NCBI GenBank assembly: GCA_964016885.1
Contig: OZ024744.1
Span: forward strand, 69,874,001-69,938,000
DNA length: 64,000 nt
Origin: Eledone cirrhosa
Taxonomy: Eukaryota
Reading direction: 5' to 3'
A model generated the notes under the pieces. The model was not told the DNA's origin, searched no databases, and saw nothing but the letters and a program-made list of their open reading frames with translations. Below, in pieces: positions 1-14,190 of this stretch (positions are counted from its first letter, which is position 1; every line of letters starts with the position of its first letter). Made by a program: the position numbers and the translations under genes.

Positions 1-200
1 GGGAGCACCTTCTCCATGTGCTCCCCGGGCAAAGGATTGCACACTTTTTCGGGGGTGTGTGCAACCCCCATCACGTCCCCTCCCTTTTGAGGTTATTTTC
101 GATTATTTTCATTTTATACCCTTTTTACTCGATTGTATGTAAACTCCCCCTTTGTATTTGTCCCTTCTTTTTATGCCTCTATGGTAAATAAAGAAATATA
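1..200 (+). mobile_element. 3' end of Tx1/L1-type LINE running into (TATC)/(TA) microsatellite
   Basis: ttgtatttgtcccttc...ggtaaataaagaaatatatc resembles the 3' termini of the Tx1-like copies at 28075-28135 and 29480-29540 (reverse complement). Confidence 0.6.
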
Positions 201-248
201 TCTATATATCTATATATATGTATGCCTGTCCATATATATATATTTATA

Positions 249-347
<99 letters not shown>

Positions 348-411
348 TCGTGTATGTTTATGTATATATATGTGTGTTTGTGTGTGTGTATGTACGCGTG
401 CAAGTGTATAC

Positions 412-472
<61 letters not shown>
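196..472. repeat. compound microsatellite (TA)n/(TG)n
   Basis: direct reading. Confidence 0.95.
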
Positions 473-476
<4 letters not shown>

Positions 477-870
477 TAAACGGAATAGAAAATGCTGACA
501 AATTGTTCACAGTTGAAAAATGGTTTAATTAGGAATAAAAGAGTATTAGTGATTGTATGGGTTAGTATTCAGTTGTGGTTTTAAGTTTTTAAGATGTTAC
601 CGGTTCCGCATTTCTAAATGCTTTTCAAAAATAATTTTGAGATAGAGTGTCCGTGCTGTTTGCTCAGATCAGAGCAAACAGCACGGACACTCTATCTCAA
701 AATTATTTTTGAAAAGCATTTAGAAATGCGGAACCGGTAACATCTTAAAAACTTAAAACCACAACTGAATACTAACCCATACAATCACTAATACTCTTTT
801 ATTCCTAATTAAACCATTTTTCAACTGTGAACAATTTGTCAGCATTTTCTATTCCGTTTACCAATATATA
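467..870. repeat. near-perfect ~400-bp palindrome (fold-back insertion in (TA)n), probably PLE-derived
   Basis: arms 467-665 and 672-870 are reverse complements with a 6-nt loop (agatca); a shorter fold-back copy of the same family is at 61144-61222. Confidence 0.85.
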
Positions 871-959
871 ATAACTTGTGTGTTACACCTCTATTCTTTT
901 AACTATATATATATATATCTATATATATATATATAAATATAAATTAGCGAGAATCATAT

Positions 960-1335
960 TTCGGCTATTGGAAATTAGCGAAAAACAACTTCCGAGATGT
1001 GTGGCAAGCGATCAATAGAATCTAACGAACCAGAGCTACAACATACGTTAAAAGGCCAAACACACTGAGACGATGGTTAAACCATTATCCGCACAGCCAT
1101 AGAAACGACCAAGTAATTCGGGTCAAACAAATAAAATATGATTGAAAAATTTACCCGGACCCCTGGATGGTTGGTGAAAGTCCAGCATTTGGGTTTCTGC
1201 GACTCCTAAATCAAGTACTGTCCGCTTAGACAAATAATGTTAAGCTTTTGGTAAGATGATTGAACAAGGACGTCACTTTCACAACAGGCTTTTAGTTCAA
1301 GTGCCAGGCCAAGGATTGACCGTTACCAAAACCCA
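960..1335 (+). repeat. degenerate interspersed repeat homologous to 14560-14940 (-)
   Basis: shared blocks accagagctac, ttcgggtca, acccggacc, ttgggtttctgc. Confidence 0.5.
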
Positions 1336-1533
1336 CGTATATATATGAATATATGTACATACATATATACATACATATATGTATATATGTATATATAAGT
1401 AGAAGGGGTATTTAATTTGTTGGAAGTCCGACAAATATAAATGTTTATAACTGATTTAGAGCACTCAACAAGTTAGTGGAGTAAATATTCAATGATATTA
1501 AATAAATGGAAACTATATTTATAAAACCATATT

Positions 1534-1596
1534 TATTTTATTATATATATTTCAAGGGTACCAAGACACATTGGTACGCTTTCCACAGATAAAATA
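1534..1596 (-). ncRNA. minimal type I hammerhead ribozyme, core variant CUGUGGA
   Basis: reverse complement of 3232-3294. Confidence 0.65.
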
Positions 1597-3231
1597 CAAA
1601 GTTTGTTTTATAAATAGAGACATAACCCATGAAAATCATACCTTATCGGTTGGATATTCTCTGGATAGTGGAAATATATTATTTTTCAAACTTATGGGTG
1701 AATATGTAAATAAATATGTAAATAATTGAAAAACAACAGTTTATTTAAACGACTATGGAGAGAGAGGAGAAAGAGAGAAGAGATAAGAGGAGAAGGATAA
1801 AATAGTGCGAGAGAGAGAAGAAAGAAACAAGAGAAGATGAATAAAAATTCATATAACGTTAATTTGAGGGAAATATATTCTAAGTATATATTTTAATAGT
1901 ACGTGTATTTACGATTATTAGTTGTTTAAAATTTGATTATAATATATAATATATAATATATAATATAATATTTTTCTTCTGTTATAAGTAGATAAATAAA
2001 TAAATAAATACATAAATAAATAATTAATAAATAAATAAATAAATAAATAGATGGGTATATCATGTTATAGATAATTGTTCTAATGAGTTATGAGGGATAT
2101 TGGTTTTGTATTTAATGTAAATAAATATTAAGTTAAATTAAATTAAATTAACTGAGTTAAGAAGAATATTTATATTTATATGATTTAAAATGGGAAGATA
2201 CGGAAAAAACTCCGGTTTAATTTATTTATCCGTTAGTGGTTTTAATATATTGATATCTATGACATTTGCTGTAATTCCACTTCTTAAAGTTTCATAAAAT
2301 ATATACGTATATAATTCTAATTTTTTTTAAATTTTAATTTTAATTTTAATTTTAATTTTAATTTTAATTTTAATAATTTTTATTTCTTTAATTTTTATTT
2401 CTTTAAAAATTACTTATCTCTTATAAATTATTTTTTTGAAAAATTTTTTTTAATTTTTCAATATTTTTTCAATACTTTTTCAATATTTTTTCAATACTTT
2501 ATCAATATTTTTTCAATAGATTTATAACCACTAGCTGATTCTGGCTAAATGTATCTTTCAACATCTATACTTATTTTGACTAAATAGTCTCACACTAACG
2601 AATAAATAAATTAAACAGGAGATTTTTTCGTACCTTCCCATTTTAAATCATATAAATATAAATATTCTTCTTTACTCAGTTAATTTAATTTAATTTAATT
2701 TTATATTTATTTACATTAAATACAAAACCAATATCCCTCATAACTCATTAGAACAATTATCTACAACATGATATACCCATCTATTTATTTATTTATTTAT
2801 TTATTTATTAATTATTTATTTATGTATTTATTTATTTATTTATCTACTTATAACAGAAGAAAAATTATATATTATATTATATTATATTATAAACAAATTT
2901 TAAACAACTAATAATCGTAAATACACGTACTATTAAAATATATACTTAGAATATATTTCCCTCAAATTAACGTTATATGAATTTTTATTCATCTTCTCTT
3001 GTTTCTTTCTTCTCTCTCTCGCACTATTTTATCCTTCTCCTCTTATCTCTTCTCTCTTTCTCCTCTCTCTCCATAGTCGTTTAAATAAACTGTTGTTTTT
3101 CAATTATTTACATATTTATTTACATATTCACCCATAAGTTTGAAAAATAATATATTTCCACTATCCAGAGAATATCCAACCGATAAGGTATGATTTTCAT
3201 GGGTATGTCTCTATTTATAAAACAAACTTTG

Positions 3232-3294
3232 TATTTTATCTGTGGAAAGCGTACCAATGTGTCTTGGTACCCTTGAAATATATATAATAAAATA
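3232..3294 (+). ncRNA. minimal type I hammerhead ribozyme, core variant CUGUGGA
   Basis: UAUUUUAU CUGUGGA AAGcGUACCAA-uguguc-UUGGUACcCUU GAA AUAUAUAU A AUAAAAUA: 8-bp stem I, 10-bp stem II, palindromic stem III. Confidence 0.7.
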
Positions 3295-3359
3295 AATATG
3301 GTTTTATAAATATAGTTTCCATTTATTTAATATCATTGTATATATATATATATATATAT

Positions 3360-3400
3360 TTTAAATCGATCGATTTCGTCAAATCGGACCGAGGAAACAA
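3360..3400 (-). ncRNA. 3' half of a hammerhead (GAA AUCGAUCGAU U), 5' core lost
   Basis: GAA followed by a perfect palindrome and UH; no CUGANGA upstream. Confidence 0.3.
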
Positions 3401-3454
3401 TGTTTCCGTTGGTCTTTCCAATTGCTAATACTATCTATCGGTCGCAACTCCAAG

Positions 3455-3576
3455 TATAAGGAGCAACGTGAAATAAAGTGTCTTTCTCAAGGACATAACG
3501 CATCGCCCGGTCTGGGAATCGAACTGACAACCTCACGATTGTGAATCCAGTTCTCTAACCAATCAGCCACACGCCT
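3455..3576 (-). mobile_element. tRNA-derived SINE, family B (V/Meta-like body)
   Basis: A box tggctgattgg, B box gttcgattccc, then gtccttgagaaagacactttatttcacgttgctcc; also at 10098-10244 and 32925-33062. Confidence 0.8.
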
Positions 3577-3585
3577 ATATATATA

Positions 3586-3680
3586 TATTAAAATAACAGA
3601 TTAAAGTTTAAGCAAAGAATCGCTGCTTTCACCCTTAACGGGATCTTCTGGATCTAAAAAATCAATCTGTACCTATAACA
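3586..3680 (-). mobile_element. PLE-type pLTR fragment with CAGAAGA hammerhead (stem I disrupted in this copy)
   Basis: same family as 38550-38640 and 49240-49350. Confidence 0.6.
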
Positions 3681-3701
3681 AATACAAGCAAATATTATTA
3701 T

Positions 3702-3817
3702 TTCCCGCCGAGGTTGACTTTGCCTTTTATCCTTACGGGGTCGATAAAAAATAAAGTACCAGTAATGTACTGGGTAATTGCTGGCCTTGTGCCTAAAGTA
3801 GAAACAATTATTATTAC
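3702..3817 (+). mobile_element. tRNA/CORE-type SINE, family A, 5'-truncated
   Basis: gccttttatccttacggggtcgataaa CORE-like block; tail gtagaaacaatt. Confidence 0.85.
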
Positions 3818-3835
3818 TATATATATATATATATA

Positions 3836-4018
3836 GTAATAATTGTTTCTACTATTGGCACAAGGCCAGCAATTAACCAGTGCATTACTGGTACTTTATT
3901 TTATCGACCCCGTAAGGATGAAAGGCAAAGTTAACCTCGGCGGGATTTAAACTCAGATCGTAAAGGGACGTCACTACGCTGGAAAGCATGTCTGACTCTC
4001 TACCGATACTGCCAATTT
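3836..4018 (-). mobile_element. SINE family A (tail-to-tail with previous copy)
   Basis: reverse complement of family A consensus. Confidence 0.85.
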
Positions 4019-4044
4019 ACATATAGTAATAATAATATATAATA

Positions 4045-4195
<151 letters not shown>

Positions 4196-4201
4196 CGTGC
4201 G

Positions 4202-4264
<63 letters not shown>

Positions 4265-4354
4265 ACTCTGTCAATACATAGATATACAAAGATATCGATG
4301 TATTGACAAAGTGAAACACACTTCAACAACATGTGTACCTGGCTTTTCCACACT

Positions 4355-4420
4355 GATTCGGACTGCCTGAAGAGGTCACAGCCAATAAAAGCTGTCACCG
4401 AAATATATATAGCCTAGAAT
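4355..4420 (+). ncRNA. minimal type I hammerhead ribozyme
   Basis: GC CUGAAGA GGUcACAGC-caauaaaa-GCUGUcACC GAA AUAUAUAU A GC; distal GAUUC/GAAUC pairing; degenerate copy at 62522-62585 (-). Confidence 0.75.
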
Positions 4421-4480
4421 CTATAATAAACGAAGCCAAATTTTACATGTTTGACTTACTTATTTTATATATATATATAT

Positions 4481-4858
4481 AATTGAATATATGAGAGAGA
4501 TGAACACAGATAGAAGTATACATGTGTTCCAATTGCAAAGGACCAAGTTAACTAGGTTGAAAAAGAAGATACTAACTTAATACAATATGGTTTGCCTGAC
4601 TCGAATTAAAGTAATAAAATCAATAAAAATAACAAACCTCCGATATAGGTTTTATTGATCTATTACTTTAAATCGAGTCAGGCAAATCATATTGTTTTAA
4701 ATTAGTATTTTTTCAACCTAGCTAACTTGGTCATTTGTAATTGGAACACATGTATACTTATCTCTCTCATATATTCAATTATATTACACGGGTCGGAAAG
4801 ATTCCCTTCTTTGAGCTATTTAATTGTAAAAGACTATTTTGAGTTTCTAACTCAATCT
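4481..4858. repeat. fold-back repeat family (arms ~4481-4640 / 4648-4783), second copy 57495-58115
   Basis: inverted arms; (TA)n flanks. Confidence 0.7.
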
Positions 4859-4859
4859 A

Positions 4860-4908
<49 letters not shown>

Positions 4909-4911
<3 letters not shown>

Positions 4912-5071
4912 CGAAGGAAATGTGGTAAGGAACCAGGTGGACCATAACGCACCGAAGTACTCAATACTTGAGGTAGTAGAGTTGGTAATAGGAACCAGTA
5001 AGACCCCGACAGCTGAGTCCAGAATTAGCCGTCGAAACGGCTTGAGCTCAGCTGTCGGGGTCTTACTGGTT

Positions 5072-5072
<1 letters not shown>
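4909..5072. mobile_element. short fold-back element in (TA)n carrying a hammerhead 3' half (family C)
   Basis: copies at 6524-6718, 48753-48870, 51678-51880, 58194-58334. Confidence 0.75.
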
Positions 5073-5127
<55 letters not shown>

Positions 5128-5129
<2 letters not shown>

Positions 5130-5302
5130 CCTTTGATTCTGTGGACCGTCACTGCCTGGTGAAGATCTTACAGGCTTATGGAATCCCCAAGAAGATAGTG
5201 GATCTGATATCACTGCTCTACACCAACACCAAAGCCCAAGTCATTACACCTGATGGGATGACAGAGTTCTTTGAGATACTGGCTGGAGTGCTCCAGGGAG
5301 GA
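5128..5302 (+). pseudogene. RTE-type LINE reverse transcriptase fragment
   Basis: AFDSVDRHCLVKILQAYGIP...FEILAGVLQG. Confidence 0.85.
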
Positions 5303-5352
5303 TATATATATATATATGTATATATATATGTATATGTATGTATATATATATG

Positions 5353-5386
<34 letters not shown>

Positions 5387-5389
5387 TAT

Positions 5390-5532
5390 GGTGGCTGCCA
5401 ACTCGTTTTCGAGTACGGCCACTACTTTATATCCATGTAGGAGAACCCCTACCGATGCGCTGAACGAGTGTGACGTTTTAGTCCAGCCAGCGACTTGAAA
5501 ACTCTGGTACAAACACTACACCTGTGACAATT
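5390..5532 (-). mobile_element. 3' part of the RTE-leader-derived non-autonomous element (family D)
   Basis: near-identical to 42277-42420. Confidence 0.7.
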
Positions 5533-5549
5533 ATATATATACATACACC

Positions 5550-5580
<31 letters not shown>

Positions 5581-6065
5581 AATTACAGAAAATTTGAAAT
5601 ACAGTATCTATCTAATGCACTGATTAGATATGAAGCGTAAAAGAGTGCATTTCCCGCCAAAATATACCAAACTGTGTCACGTGTTGCTATATTTTGAAAG
5701 GCACGTGTGATGATGAAAGGAAAATGCCGCCACAGATTTTGAACTTGAAATCAAGTTGTTAGAAATGTCTTTTTATTTTATTTTACTTATTTATATATTT
5801 GTTTGTTTATTTATTTATCTATTTATTTTTGCTACAAACCCACGTTAGGATTGACTTATCAACTTGATTATACTAGCGTGTGTGTGTGTGTGTGTCACGT
5901 GTGTGTGTGATCTGTGTGTGTGTGTGTGTGTGTGACGTGTGTGTGTGTGAATGACTGTCAGTGTGTGTTTTTGTAAGATAATACCAGTTTGTGCGGTTAT
6001 GTGTAGGTGTGTATGTCTGTGTGTGTTAGTGTATGATAATGCCAGTTTGTGTGTGTATATATATG

Positions 6066-6107
<42 letters not shown>

Positions 6108-6443
6108 ATAATGCCAGTTTGTGAAGTTGTGTGTGTGTGCGCATGTGCAAGGTTGTGTATGTATACGACAGTGTGTGTGTGTATGGGTGTATGTGTGTGT
6201 ATGGTTGTGTGTATATACGACTGTGTGTGTATATGTGCGCATGTCAGTATGTGTATCTGTGTATGTGTATGTGTGTGTGTATCTGTATGCATGTCTGTAT
6301 GCGTATGTCTGTGCATATTTGACAGTGTGCGTTTGTTTGTGTATAACTATGTGTAACTATGTCTTTGTCTGCATGTCAGCGTGTGTGCGCGTGCATGTAT
6401 GTGTGTGTGTGTATATGTCAAAATGGGTCTGTATACACACACT

Positions 6444-7826
<1,383 letters not shown>

Positions 7827-8076
7827 CATATATACGTATATATATATACGTACGTGTGTGTTTTTGTGACTGTGTGTATGTGACTGTGTCTCTGTGTCCG
7901 TTTCTGTGCATGTCAGTGTATATGAGTGTGTTCGTGTATATATTTGAGTGTGTATGTATATGAGTGTGTGTGTGTGTGTGTGTGAGTGTGTTTCTGTGTG
8001 TGTGTGTGTGTGTGTTTGTCTGTGTGGGTGTATGTGTGTGTGTATGTATATATATGTGTGTGTGTTTGTGTGTATG

Positions 8077-8107
<31 letters not shown>

Positions 8108-8229
8108 ATATATATGTGTGTGTGTGTGTGTATATATGTGTGTGTGTATATATATATATATATAAATATATATGTGTGTGTGTGTATATATATATATATG
8201 TGTGTGTATATATATATAGAGAGAGAGAG

Positions 8230-8311
<82 letters not shown>

Positions 8312-8332
8312 ATATATATGTGTGTGTGTGTG

Positions 8333-8363
<31 letters not shown>

Positions 8364-8533
8364 CGGGAAGCCGCTAGAAAAAAAAAAATATATATATATA
8401 TAAATATGTGTGTGTGTGTGTCTGTGTGTGTATATATATATATATATATATACATATACACACACACGCATATATATATATACACACACACACATAAATA
8501 TGTGTGTGTGTGTGCGTGTGTGCGCGCGTGTCG

Positions 8534-8568
<35 letters not shown>

Positions 8569-8759
8569 CTGTGTGTGTATGTGTGTGTGTATCCTTATAT
8601 TCTTAAAACCAGTTTATCTATATTTCGATAAGTAAATCTACTTTAAAGATGAGTAAAATCACTTTTCGTATTAAATTTCAATTTTCTGAGGAAGGAGTGT
8701 AGGGGGAGGGGGGGTCTAAATGTCGTTTAAAGTTAAAATTTTCTTGTTGCTCTTTTTCT

Positions 8760-9285
8760 TGTTTTTCTTGTAATTGTCGTTCTTGTTATTGTTGTTGTTG
8801 TTTTTGATGTTGTTACTGCTATTGCTCTAGTTGATGTTGTTGTGGTTGTTGTTGTTATTGTTGTTGTTACTGTTGATGCTGCTGCTGTTGTTGTTGTTGC
8901 TGCTCTTATTACTGCTGTTGTTGTTGTTGTTGTTGTTGCTGTTGTTGTTGTTGTTGTTGTTACTGTTGTTGCTGTTGTTGTTACTGTTGTTATTGTTGTT
9001 GTTGCTGTTGTTGTTGTTGCTGTTGTTGTTATTCCTGTTGCTGTTGTTGTTGCTGCTGTTGTTATTGTTGTTGTTGTTGTTGTTGCTGTTGTTGTTGTTG
9101 CTGGTGTTATTGTTGTTGCTGTTGTTGCTGTTGTTGTTGCTGTCGTTGCTGTTGTTGTTGTTATTACTAGTGCTACTGTTGGTGCTCTTGTTACTACTGT
9201 TGCTGTTGTTGTTGCTATTGTTGCTATTGCTGCTGCTGTTGTTGTTGTTGTTAATGTTGCTGTAGTTGTTATTGTAGTTGCTGTT
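8760..9285. repeat. degenerate (TTG)n trinucleotide array
   Basis: direct reading. Confidence 0.95.
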
Positions 9286-10097
9286 GACGTCATTGACTCC
9301 ACCAACAGTTGTGAGTTAAAGAAAAGGAAGGAATTAGTGGTTTGACAAAATGGTTAAAGCACTGGATAACATACCATGCGGTATTTAATTAAGGTTCGTC
9401 GGGTTCTGAGTTCAGATCCCGACGATGTCGACCTTTAGGAGTTTGGTAACATAGAGTACCTCTCATGTGGGGCCCCAGTTGTCGACCTCCTTGTGGTGGG
9501 CCCTAGAAACTGATCACTGATCCCTAATCTCAGTCAGGCGAACGACAACAACCCGAGATGGCCAGGAAGAACACTCACGTGGTGGAGTTGACATAATCTA
9601 CAGTTGACTTCCTCACAAATTCATAACTTTGTATCATTGTTCTTTTTCTTCTTCGATACATCCGTTACCGGTGCCATGGCGAAGTTCTTCCTCCAGCTCA
9701 CCCTGTCTAGCATTCCCTTTCTGAAGTTCCCTTTCTCAAACAAATTTCTTTTGTTTACGGGATCTGATTCTGAAATCTCATTCAGACATTTTGTTTCTCA
9801 CGCCTGAAGAATCTAATCTAATCTAATCTGGCCGAGTTTACACTCGCAAATAAGAAGAACCAGGGCCGCCCCTAGGAGCATTGGATTTTGTGTACTTCAT
9901 ATTTGTTTCGGTTGCTGAATACAATCAGGGGTCGCTGCTTCTCCTGAAGGTCAATAGTTCTCTTCTAACTCGAGCGGGAGCACCTTTTCATTGTCAATTT
10001 GCATTGATCCTCTGCAAAGCTGCATTGTTCTCAGAACCATTACACCAGTCTTTCGATGCGTGCAGCTGGAACTACTGCCACCCATCTATTTGGCAGG

Positions 10098-10244
10098 ATC
10101 GCAACTCATTTCTACAGCTGAGTAAACTGGAGCAACGTGAAATAAAGTGTCTTGCTCAAGGACTCAACACATCACCCGGTCCGAAAATCGAACTCACAAC
10201 CTTTCGATTGCAAGCCTAATGCTCTAACCACTAAGACATGCGCC
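10098..10244 (-). mobile_element. SINE family B
   Basis: tRNA-like head plus gtccttgagcaagacactttatttcacgttgctcc. Confidence 0.8.
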
Positions 10245-10699
10245 TGAAGAAAAGCAGATATTCAATCTGCAAATGCATTTTAAGCTTAGCTTTTACAGTT
10301 TCCATTTGCATTTGTAGCTAGCCTTGAAACTTAAGGCAATGGTATAAGGTTTCAAGTGTAAGATTCCTAATAAATTAGCTTTTTTTTATATATATTGAGC
10401 GCTCTTTTCCTTTTTTCTTCCTGCGGACTTTCTCATTACTTCCATATAGCTTATCACGTTGAATTGTTTAAACAAAATCGATTGTTATGTCGTGAGTTTG
10501 GCATCATTTTGCCCAGAAAAGTTGAACACTGTTCGGATACAAGTATTTATAACAGTACATGATGGACCTGTACGAGATAAACTATTCAACCAAATATATT
10601 CCTATATTGACTAACACCTGCTACTCCAAAATGCTTCTGAATAAAATACGAAGCATGAGATAGAAAACTCTACCCTTCGACGGAGAAATCGCCATTACA

Positions 10700-10955
10700 G
10701 CCACTGAACATTTTAACATTAAGTCCCCACTAGAGTTAAAGGTCTAGCTCCTTTCGAAGCTGATCTCTTGGATATGATCTCCAATAGTAAATTCCATAAA
10801 TATACAAACCCTTGTCAAAATAAGCTTTTGAACGATATAACAAATTTCAATCTTCTTGGAAAGTTTTAGTTTTCTTTGATAAGACTAAGAGGTTATATGC
10901 AGTAGATAATGATATATACAATCAACGTATCCTAAATAATATCACAAACAATATA
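10700..10955 (+). pseudogene. Penelope-like (Naiad/Neptune-type) ORF fragment N-terminal to RT
   Basis: LAPFEADLLDMISNSKF...QNKLLNDI, frameshift, DKTKRLY...IYNQRILNNIT (DKT-LY-NIT region typical of PLEs). Confidence 0.6.
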
Positions 10956-11013
10956 TGTATCCGATATATTTCCTAATACCATTTCATCTATATTATTAGA
11001 TATAAGGATATAG

Positions 11014-11407
11014 AGGGCGGTGGATTGGCAGTATCGGTAGAGGGTCGGACGCCATGCTTTGACGTATAGAGTTACGGCCCTTGCCATTCTGAGTTCAAAT
11101 CCCGCCGAGGTTAACTTTGCCTTTCATCCTTACGGGGTCGATAAATAAAGTACCAGTAATACACTGGGATAATTGCTGGCCTTGTGCCAAAAGTAGAAAC
11201 AATTATTAGATATAAGGACGGTGGATTGGTAGTATCGGTAGAGGTGTCGGACGCCATGCTTTGACGTATAGAGTTACGGCCCTTGCCATTCTGAGTTCAA
11301 ATCCCGCTGAGGTTAACTTTGCCTTTCATCCTTACGGGGTCGATAAAATAAAGTACCAGTAATGTACTGGGTGATTGCTGGCCTTGTGCCAAAAGTAGAA
11401 ACAATTA
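11014..11407 (+). mobile_element. head-to-tail dimer of SINE family A
   Basis: two full copies; attattagatata repeated before, between and after. Confidence 0.9.
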
Positions 11408-11741
11408 TTAGATATATATTTATGTTGTATCTCTAGATTTAATTTCGATTGACATAGCAGTTTTATTGAGCTTTCTAATATATTTTACATAGACAAATTT
11501 TCTTGGTGTATTGAAAGGTGGCTCATAGAGTAAGTAGAACAAAATCAAGACAAAGAGGAGACAAAGAGGAGCAAGAAGTCATTGAAAAGATTACAGAATG
11601 TGTGATGAAAGCTTTGAAGATTTAATATGACAATTAAATAATTTATTACTAATTTGTATATCAGATTGTGTGTGCCTTTCATCCTCATTCATCCTTTTTA
11701 TTCTTAATATGAATACGGCGCCAAAAATTTGAATTTTAATA

Positions 11742-11908
11742 TAATTGTTTCTACTTTTGGCACAAGGCCAGCAATTACCCAGTACATTACTGGTTCTTTA
11801 TTTTATCGACCTCGTAAGAATGTAAGGCAAAGTTAACCTCGGCGGGATTTGAATTCAGACTGTAAAGGGACGTAACTATGCTAGGAAGCATGGCGTCCAA
11901 CCGTCTAC
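11742..11908 (-). mobile_element. SINE family A
   Basis: consensus match. Confidence 0.85.
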
Positions 11909-12203
11909 AAAATATATATAGTTTTGTGGGTGTTCCTTTTCTAATTTAGTTTCTGAGACACACACACACAGGCAACCTCCATTTATATATATATATATAA
12001 TTTCTACAGGCTAGAAGAAGTAATTAGGTAAGTGCCATATGGCTGTACATCGTGGAAAAGAATCTGTATCAATTGTCTATTATTTCTTCATAAGTACATT
12101 TTAAACTTATAGCCTCGTTTAAATGATTTTTTGTGTGGTTAATTTATACTGATTGGGAGAGGAAATACTGTATATATTTTATCTAATGATTCTTTGGACT
12201 TAC

Positions 12204-12331
<128 letters not shown>

Positions 12332-12971
12332 CCATGTATTTGTGTGTCTGTCTGTCTGTTTGTGCGTGTATGAGACTAGTGTGCGTGAATGTGTGTGTGT
12401 GTGTGTAAAGTTGTGTGCGCGTGTGCGTGCGCGTGTGCGTGTGTGTGTATGTGCGCGCGTGTGTATGTGCATGTGTGTGTGAAAATGTATGTGTGTGTTA
12501 AAAGGAGGAGTGTGAGTGTGTGTGTGTGTATGTGCGCGCGTGTGTATGTGCATGTGTGTGTGTGTGTGAACATGTATGTGTGTGTTAAAAGGTGTGTGAG
12601 TGTGTGTGTGTGTGTGTATGTGTATGTGTGAGTGTGTGAGTATGTGTATGTGTGTGTGTGTTTGGGTGATTTTCTCATAATCACCTTAGAGCTTTTAAAA
12701 CCCCTGATAGTACTAGAGTTTTGGGACACCCTAATTTATCCATAAATAAATTGCAAGGCGCCACTCACTGTCATTACAGCATGTGGTGTACGTGTCTGTT
12801 TGTCACTGTGTTTTTTGTGTATAAGTGTATATGTGTATGTGTGTGTATGTGTGTGTATGTATGTGTGTATGTGTGTGTGTATGTGTGTGTATGTATGTGT
12901 GTGTATGTGTGAGTGTATATGTGTATGTGTGTGTATGTGTGTGTGTGTGTATGTGTGCGCGTGTGTATGTT

Positions 12972-13007
<36 letters not shown>

Positions 13008-13521
13008 TGTGTCAGTGTGTTTATCGGGGTCTTTCATTTGCACGTGCGAATTTCTTGGTATTTGTATTTGCGCAACTTTGTATTTCAGTGTGCGTATATG
13101 TGTGCGTGTGTGTGCGTGCGTGTGTGTGTGTGTACGGAAGTGCGTTCAGCAACCGAAGTGTACGATAAAGTATCTATATAAATACAAAATGGGTGACGGA
13201 GACTGCACCAACGTGTATATATAAATATACACATATCTAATATGTAGGCATGTCGTTAGAACGCGCGCGCACATACACACCCACATCCACACACAAACAC
13301 ACACATATATATATATACAAACACACACACACATACGATAAAGTTATATCTGTATATATACAAAATGTGTAACCGAGACTGCAACAATGTGTATATAAAT
13401 ATACACATTGTTGATATGTAGACATGTAAAGATGTCAGAAAATACGAATCTCCCTGTGGACTGAAAAAAATAATGAACTCCTTTAATCAATTTTCGAACC
13501 TGTTAGGAGGAAATGGGTATA

Positions 13522-13858
13522 TAATTGTTTCTACTTTTGACACAAGGCCAGCAATTACCCCAGTGCATTACTGATACTTTATTTTAGCGACCCCGTAAGC
13601 ATGAAAAGCAAAGTTAACCTCGACTGGATTTGAACTCAGAATGTAAAGGGCCACAGCTCTTCAAAATAGTTATTAATGGTTTCTGATTTAAACACAAGGC
13701 CAACAATTTTGGAGAGGCGAACGTCGATTAAATAGACTCCAGTATGTTACTGGTACTTTATTTTACCAGTAACGCACTGAGGTCGATTTAATCGACTTCA
13801 CACCCACTCCTTCCCACAAAAAAAATTGTTGGCCTTGTGCTAAAATCAGAAACCATTT
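13522..13858. mobile_element. cluster of SINE family A fragments (two minus, one plus)
   Basis: consensus matches. Confidence 0.75.
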
Positions 13859-13859
13859 A

Positions 13860-13960
13860 TAACTTAATAAAAAGAGTTGAAATTAATGCATGCAAGATTT
13901 CACAGCTCTAGCATCATTCCTTCATAATCAGTCTATGAACTTTTCAGCATACCCTTGTAT
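13860..13960. mobile_element. mariner MITE fragment related to 21084-21269
   Basis: TIR cagtctatgaacttttcagcatacccttg|ta. Confidence 0.6.
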
Positions 13961-13996
13961 ATGATATTATTCATAATGAAATATTTGCACTATTCA

Positions 13997-14190
13997 TAGT
14001 TGTTTCTACTTTTGGCACAAGGCCAGCAATTACCTCAGTACATTACTGGTACTTTATTTTATCGGCCCCTTAAAGATGAAAGGCAAAGTTAACCTCGGCA
14101 GGATTTGAACACAGACCGTAAAGGGACGTAACTCTATGCTGCAAATCATGGCGTCCGACCCTCTACCGATACTGCCAATCTACCATCACC
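13997..14190 (-). mobile_element. SINE family A, full length
   Basis: consensus match. Confidence 0.85.

Larger units (their letters stand above)
1400..3338 (-). mobile_element. Penelope-like fold-back element: inverted pLTR arms ~1490-2270 and ~2580-3338 around an AT-rich spacer
   Basis: ~770-bp inverted repeat, (TA)n flanks, hammerhead motif in each arm. Confidence 0.75.

Noticed and set aside
8733-9345. Thr-rich mucin-like / poly-Leu / poly-Val ORFs
   Set aside because: Open frames of a (TTG)n array with no unique flanking domain
11014-11110. tRNA-like A/B boxes here and in other copies
   Set aside because: SINE heads with bodies, tails and TSDs; no cloverleaf
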